64,000 nucleotides of DNA. Origin: a virus. Taxonomy: Duplodnaviria; Caudoviricetes. The DNA lies in IMG/VR virus record IMGVR_UViG_3300029822_000006, positions 3,809 through 67,808 of that record; one strand, written 5' to 3'. The stretch's first letter is position 1, and each line of letters begins with the position of its first letter. Made by a program: the position numbers and the translations under genes. Below the pieces are notes generated by a model that saw only the letters and a list, made by a program, of their open reading frames with translations, was not told where the DNA came from and did no database searches. Positions 58,489-64,000 of the stretch are shown piece by piece.

Positions 58489-59586
58489 ATGAAACAAAAT
58501 GTAATGAATGAAAATCAGTTAATGAATTTTGAGAAAGAATTTGAAGGAAGAAATGTAGGTTTTAGAATTAACAAAGTAACAGGTGTATCAGAAGTTAGAA
58601 TAGACGATGTCGCAAAGTTTTGTGGTTGGAGTTATAAAAGAGCAGATCGAGGTGGAAAAGAATTTATTAGATGGAATACAGTTAATGATTTTTTACATGA
58701 TTTAGGTGTGTCGCAGGAAGTTGCGACAGATGATTTTATACCAGAATGCATAATGTACCCATTAATTGGCAAGGCTAAAAATGAAAAAGCTACAAAATTT
58801 ATGTTATGGGTTGGACATGTATTAGTAGAAATACGTGAACATGGAGGATATATTATTGAAAATGCAACAGAGGAACAGGTTGATAAATTAACTAAATATT
58901 CTTTACCAAAATTAAAAAATACATTTATAACAGAAAATATAGAAAGTATACATGATATATATTATGATGTAAAAGAATTTTATAAGAATAAGAATACAAA
59001 TTTTAGATTAAAAATGATGAAAAACATTAAATGTGGTTTAGAAGAAAGAATTAATATTTATAAAGATAAAAAACAAATAGCATTAATTACATTATGTGAT
59101 GATTTAATTAAGATTATATTGTCTGATATTGATCAATTAAGACAACGAATTTCGGGAGGACAAAAATCTCATAAAACTAAATTAATAAATAAATTGCAAC
59201 CAAAAGATGATGAATATATGATATTAAATTGTCATGGTATGAGTGAGAATTATATGTATGAAACTATATATGATAAAGAATTAAATGAAAATATAACTAG
59301 AAAAACAAAATCATATAATAATTGGATTAAAAATTTTCCTGAATATCAATTAAAAAATAAAGATGAGTTAAATATAGATTGGACAAGAAAAATTAATGTA
59401 TTTTTAAAATTTGATTGTTTGGAAACTTTTGATACACAAAATATGATAAAAAGTACAATCGATCAGATTATAACTCGTTGTTATTATGAAGATGATAGAA
59501 TTGTAGAAAAAATAGTAACTGAAAAAAATAAATCTGTAAAAAGTTATAAAGATGGTAAGATTTATATTTGTATTAAAAATATATAA
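58489..59586 (+). CDS. antirepressor-like (Bro/AntA-type) N-terminal domain protein
   Basis: DDVAKFCGW...IRWNTVN...FIPE..MYPLIGKAKNEKATKFMLWV...IREHGGY. Confidence 0.65.
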   Translation: MKQNVMNENQLMNFEKEFEGRNVGFRINKVTGVSEVRIDDVAKFCGWSYKRADRGGKEFIRWNTVNDFLHDLGVSQEVATDDFIPECIMYPLIGKAKNEKATKFMLWVGHVLVEIREHGGYIIENATEEQVDKLTKYSLPKLKNTFITENIESIHDIYYDVKEFYKNKNTNFRLKMMKNIKCGLEERINIYKDKKQIALITLCDDLIKIILSDIDQLRQRISGGQKSHKTKLINKLQPKDDEYMILNCHGMSENYMYETIYDKELNENITRKTKSYNNWIKNFPEYQLKNKDELNIDWTRKINVFLKFDCLETFDTQNMIKSTIDQIITRCYYEDDRIVEKIVTEKNKSVKSYKDGKIYICIKNI

Positions 59587-59629
59587 ATAATACAAAATTA
59601 AATAATAACAAAAAAGGAGAGAGAATAAT

Positions 59630-60001
59630 ATGGAACAATATTTAATGGAGATTTTAACAGCTATAATAGGTTTAGCAATTCCATTTATAGTAACTTATAT
59701 TAAGAGGGCATTATCTGCGATAGAAGTTAAAGCAGTACAAGAACTTGGAGAAAAAAGAGAGGTAGCAATTAAAGCTTATATAGTACAAATTGTAAAAGAT
59801 ATTTATCAGAAACATTATACTTTAGATAATGTAAAGAAAGCAGCAAAAGCAATAGAACTTTTTGAAGAAAAATTTGGTACTAAGGTTTTATCAGAATCAC
59901 AATTAGAAGTATTAATAGAATCTGCATATCTTGATTTAAAGAAAGAATTAGGATTAATAGATACTACTACACAGAAAACAGAAATTACACCCGTACAGTA
60001 A
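59630..60001 (+). CDS. putative holin (LL-H type)
   Basis: N-terminal TM helix; IVQIVKDIYQ...LEVLIESAY. Confidence 0.55.
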   Translation: MEQYLMEILTAIIGLAIPFIVTYIKRALSAIEVKAVQELGEKREVAIKAYIVQIVKDIYQKHYTLDNVKKAAKAIELFEEKFGTKVLSESQLEVLIESAYLDLKKELGLIDTTTQKTEITPVQ

Positions 60002-60069
60002 TTATAAGGGGGATTAAATATCTCCCTTCTTTTAAAGATTAAATGAGAGGAAAGTGAGAAAGAAATTAA

Positions 60070-60267
60070 ATGGATACATTAATAAGTAATATAATAAGAG
60101 ATTTTTGTTCAATTGCGTTCACAGCAATGTTTGGAATTGTAGCATATTGGGCAAAGAAGTATATAGATACAAAAGTAAAATTAGACAAAGAATTAAAAGA
60201 TAAGCAAATAGAGTTATTAAATGAACAAATTCAAGATATTAAGTTACAGAGAGATAATAATAAATAA
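60070..60267 (+). CDS. small membrane protein
   Basis: One TM helix plus coiled coil. Confidence 0.5.
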   Translation: MDTLISNIIRDFCSIAFTAMFGIVAYWAKKYIDTKVKLDKELKDKQIELLNEQIQDIKLQRDNNK

Positions 60268-60308
60268 TTAAATAAAAAAATACATAATAAAATAGAAAGG
60301 AGAAATAA

Positions 60309-63124
60309 ATGGCAAATACAATAAATTATAATTTAGAAAAACCAGTACATGGAACACAGAATTGGGATACTATAATTAATGGTGATTTAGATATTATAGA
60401 TGAAACTATGAAAAATAATTCTGATAATATTCAAACTCAGATATTGGAAAGTACAGGATATGGAGTTATATCAGGATTGTCTGTAACATCACAATCTACA
60501 CCTAATATGTCTGTATTAGTAGAATTAGGACTTGTATATATGCCAAATGGACAAAGAATTAATTTCCCTACAGATATAACTGTTCCAGTTACTACAGCCG
60601 ATGCAACTAAACCTCGTACAGATATAGTTTACATAAACAGTAGTGGAGCTATAAGTTATTTAGCTAGTTCCTTAGGTACAGCAGCAATAGCAGGCTCAGA
60701 AACTTATACAATAACTACAAATGCAGTAGGAGCAGTTGCAGGAAGTAATACATATACTTTAAATATAAATTTTGTAGCTAATGATACAATTACTTTTGGG
60801 GTGTAACATTTACAGCTACAAGTGCAACACAAGATAGTACTCATTTTATTGTAGGATCTAATATAACAGATTCTATGAATAATTTATCAACAGCATTAAA
60901 CGCAAATTCTACTATTAGTGCAATTTATACAGCAAATGCAGCTAGTGGAGTAATATCTATTACAGAAAAAATTGTTGGAGGTGGTAATACTCCTGGAGAT
61001 ATGACTGTCGTAGGAACAGGAACAATAACAGTAGGAACTGCTACAAATAGTAAAACTAATGATACAATAACAATTAATGGGATTGTATTTACAGCAGTAA
61101 ATTCAGGTGCTTCTGGTAATCAATTTAATATAGGAGCAGATACTACAGAAACAGCAACTAATTTAAAAAATGTTTTAAATTCTAATAGTACAATTAATGC
61201 TTTATATACTGCAACTTCTTCTAATAATATAATTACTTTAACAGAAAAAATTGTTGGAGGTGGTAATACTCCAACAATAGCTACAGTTACGGGAACGGTT
61301 GTTATAATTAATGGAACTATAATAACAAGTGCATCACAAATTTATCCTTCTGCACCAGATACACCAACAGGAGGGTTATTGTTGGTAAAAATTGCGGTGG
61401 GAGCAGGAGTAACTTCAATAATTCAGAGTAATATTACGGATGAAAGAAATTTTAAGGTAAATAATAATACACTTACGTCACAAATGGCTGAAAAGGCGTC
61501 AGAAATTACTTTTAGCGTAAAAAAATTTGGTGCAAAAGGTGATGGAGTTACTGATGATACCATTGCACTTCAAGCCGCTTTCGATTATGCTACACAAAAT
61601 AATGTAAATATATTTATTGATGAAGGTGTTTATATCGTCACAAGTTCTTTAGTGATTAATATTAATATGGGTTCACAATGGGAATTAGGACATTCAAAAT
61701 TTTCTATTTTAGGTGCATCAAATAAGACTATTTTTAGTTCTAAAATTTCAAGTGGTGATGTACTTAAAATAAAAGCAAATATAAATGGTACATTTGCGAC
61801 TGGAGTTTTGATTGGAAATTTTAAAATTGTAAACTTTGACACCTCGACTATATATTTGTCTAATGCTTTAGTTATAGAAGATACTCAGCACATAGAATAC
61901 AAAAATATAGAAATATATAAATTTAAAAATGGGCTTATATTAACAAATAGTGATTTAAATACATGGACTGAATTTAACAAATTTAATAATATAATAATTA
62001 ATTCATGCGTTAATAATTTGGTGTTTGATGGTAAAAATTCAAGTTTTAGAAACAATCGTTTTGAAAATGTATATCTAGTTGCGGTTGATAACCAAGGAAC
62101 ACCGGAAGAACAAACAGCAATAAAAATGCTGAGTGGAATAATTTATAATAATTATTGGGATATAGCTATAAGTATATCCGGAAAAGCAACAATGTTTTTT
62201 ATAGGTTCAATGTCACAAATGAATTTCGGTAATATTACCTATGAAATAAACAAAAGTCTTGTTGACAATTTATATCATCTCCCAAGAATTAAAGCCTATC
62301 CAAAAACTGGGGAGGGTACATTAGATAGTGACTCATATATATTTAATTTTACAGGTGTTATTTGTGGGATGAATGACCAATCAGCACCAAAATTTGAATA
62401 TGTTGATGGTTGTGAATTTACGCCAACAGGAAATAATAGACTTAATTCATCAGCAGTAAGACCTGGCGTTAAATTGACATCACAGCAAATTGTAGGTTGG
62501 GGAACAAATAATTATGAGCTTGAATATTTAGATAGACGTACTAGAGACGGTTGGGATGGTGGAACAACAAAATTTAATATTCTCAGATACATTTCAGATA
62601 GTAATGATGATGAAGGATATGTAATATCATCATTTCAACGATCAAGTGCAAATCCGAAACCGAACAAAGTAAGCATAGGACTTGTTCCTGTTGATGGGGA
62701 TATGACAGGATATGTAAGAGGGTTCAATCTATATATGGATGGTTCTATTATAGAAGCAGGAAACGGACAAAAATTAGTATTTGACACTAATGGAATTAAA
62801 AGAGGTACTTATAAGATTTATGACGTAGGAACAATTACAAAGTTTTGGGGTTCGCCTGGTATTGAAATTTCACCGAATGGTAAAGTTGAATATTGGGGAG
62901 AGATAACCGCTTCAACAATTGCAGATGGTCAAGAGTTTATAGTAAATTCTTTTAATGGTAATTTTGATAATATAAGAAATATTCAATTAACATTAGTTGG
63001 AAATACACTCGGTTCACAGGCAGTTGTAAAATCATTTACATCAACAAGCATGGTTGTTAAGGCAAATATAAAAGCGTCTTGTACTATACATTATAGGATA
63101 ATAGGAGATAAAACAATTGGTTAG
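60309..63124 (+). CDS. tail fibre/spike with beta-helix domain, split by a frameshift at GGGG 60798-60801
   Basis: The -1 frame continues TITF-G-GVTFTA into the 60875 ORF; VKKFGAKGDGVTDDTIALQAAFD tailspike motif; ~93-aa repeats span the break. Confidence 0.75.
60962..61272 (+). repeat. 32-nt exact direct repeat marking ~93-aa protein repeats
   Basis: ACAGAAAAAATTGTTGGAGGTGGTAATACTCC at 60962 and 61241 (279 nt apart). Confidence 0.9.
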
Positions 63125-63175
63125 TGAGATATCTTATATTTACGAAATGTAGTATAATTATTTGGGGGTGTATTT

Positions 63176-63730
63176 ATGAACTTTAAAAACAAGATAATAA
63201 TATTATTTAGATATAAACTTATGGGACGATTGAATTTAGAAGCATTAAAACAAAGAGGATTGAAAGTAGGCATTAATTTTAATATGCAACAAGGATGCAT
63301 TATTGATGAATCGCATTGCTGGTTAATATCTATAGGAAATAGTGTAACATTAGCACCAAATGTACACATATTAGCTCATGATGCTAGCACAAAAATGTTC
63401 TTGGGATATACGAAAATTGGTATTGTAACTATTGGAAATAATGTATTTATTGGTGCAGGAAGCATTATATTGCCTAATGTTAAAATTGGAAATGATGTTA
63501 TTATTGGTGCAGGAAGCATAGTTACAAAAGATATCCCAGATGGAACTGTAGTCGCAGGAAATCCAGCTAAAATAATATGTAAGATTGATGAATATTTAGA
63601 TAAAAACAAGGAAAATATGGATAATAGACCTGTGTATGATGAAAAGTGGACAATAAGAAAGAATATATCTAATGATATGAAAATCAAGATGATAAACGAT
63701 TTAGAGAATGGTATAGGCTATTTAGAATGA
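63176..63730 (+). CDS. hexapeptide-repeat (left-handed beta-helix) acyltransferase
   Basis: ISIGNSVTLAPNVHILAHD...VTIGNNVFIGAGSIILPNVKIG...VVAGNPAK. Confidence 0.9.
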   Translation: MNFKNKIIILFRYKLMGRLNLEALKQRGLKVGINFNMQQGCIIDESHCWLISIGNSVTLAPNVHILAHDASTKMFLGYTKIGIVTIGNNVFIGAGSIILPNVKIGNDVIIGAGSIVTKDIPDGTVVAGNPAKIICKIDEYLDKNKENMDNRPVYDEKWTIRKNISNDMKIKMINDLENGIGYLE

Positions 63731-63821
63731 TACAAAATAGAAAAATATTACGACTTAACTTATAAAAAGTAAAAAAAAATAGAAAGGCAATAATTAAATA
63801 ATAAAGGAGTAGTGAGAATAG

Positions 63822-64000
63822 ATGAAATTAAGTGATTTTTTACAGGAAAGAAAAATTAAATTATATTATAATAAAAATGGAGAACTACATAGTAAGTCAA
63901 TTGAACCAGAATTACCAGAGGGGGAGATTGTTTTCTATAATGTTAATATGGAATTATTAGAAGAAATAAATAAAATAAAAGATGACATTGCAAATATTTC
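63822..64000 (+). CDS. hypothetical protein, 3'-partial
   Basis: AAAGGAG upstream; frame open to the window end. Confidence 0.5.
   Translation, partial: MKLSDFLQERKIKLYYNKNGELHSKSIEPELPEGEIVFYNVNMELLEEINKIKDDIANI

Noticed and set aside
1659-63687. All minus-strand ORFs in the track (e.g. 1659-1853, 5304-5591, 8724-9068, 40744-41046, 57573-57872, 63376-63687)
   Set aside because: Short shadow frames antisense to well-supported + strand genes, with biased composition and no recognisable motifs.
60309-63730. Diversity-generating retroelement acting on the tail fibre
   Set aside because: No reverse transcriptase and no adenine-specific TR/VR pair seen; the only repeat is an exact in-frame intragenic duplication.

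Overview
Very AT-rich (Clostridium-like) 64-kb segment of a large temperate siphophage or prophage with SPbeta-like gene order; all supported genes are on the + strand. 1-14.7 kb: accessory region with the 3' end of a UvrD/PcrA helicase, a free-standing endonuclease, five DNA methyltransferase genes (one frameshifted), an HslV-like protease and a TnpB. 14.8-24 kb: YonO-like single-subunit RNA polymerase, a tnpB interrupted by a second IS200/IS605-type tnpB element, HU, PIN-PhoH and an HNH nuclease. 25-30.6 kb: an RNA-rich island with a coiled-coil gene followed by a ~390-nt structured repeat-bearing ncRNA candidate, Hsp20, NlpC/P60, a ~470-nt ROOL-like ncRNA candidate and tRNA-Asn. 38-54 kb: packaging, head and tail module (terminase split at a prfB-like +1 frameshift cassette, portal, ferritin-like protein, intein-containing prohead protease/scaffold, major capsid, tail tube). 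54-64 kb: homing endonuclease, amidase, holins, C1 protease, a frameshifted tail fibre/spike and an acyltransferase. No CRISPR array, reverse transcriptase or group I/II intron was recognised. Family calls come from motif recognition only; no database searches or folding programs were run.
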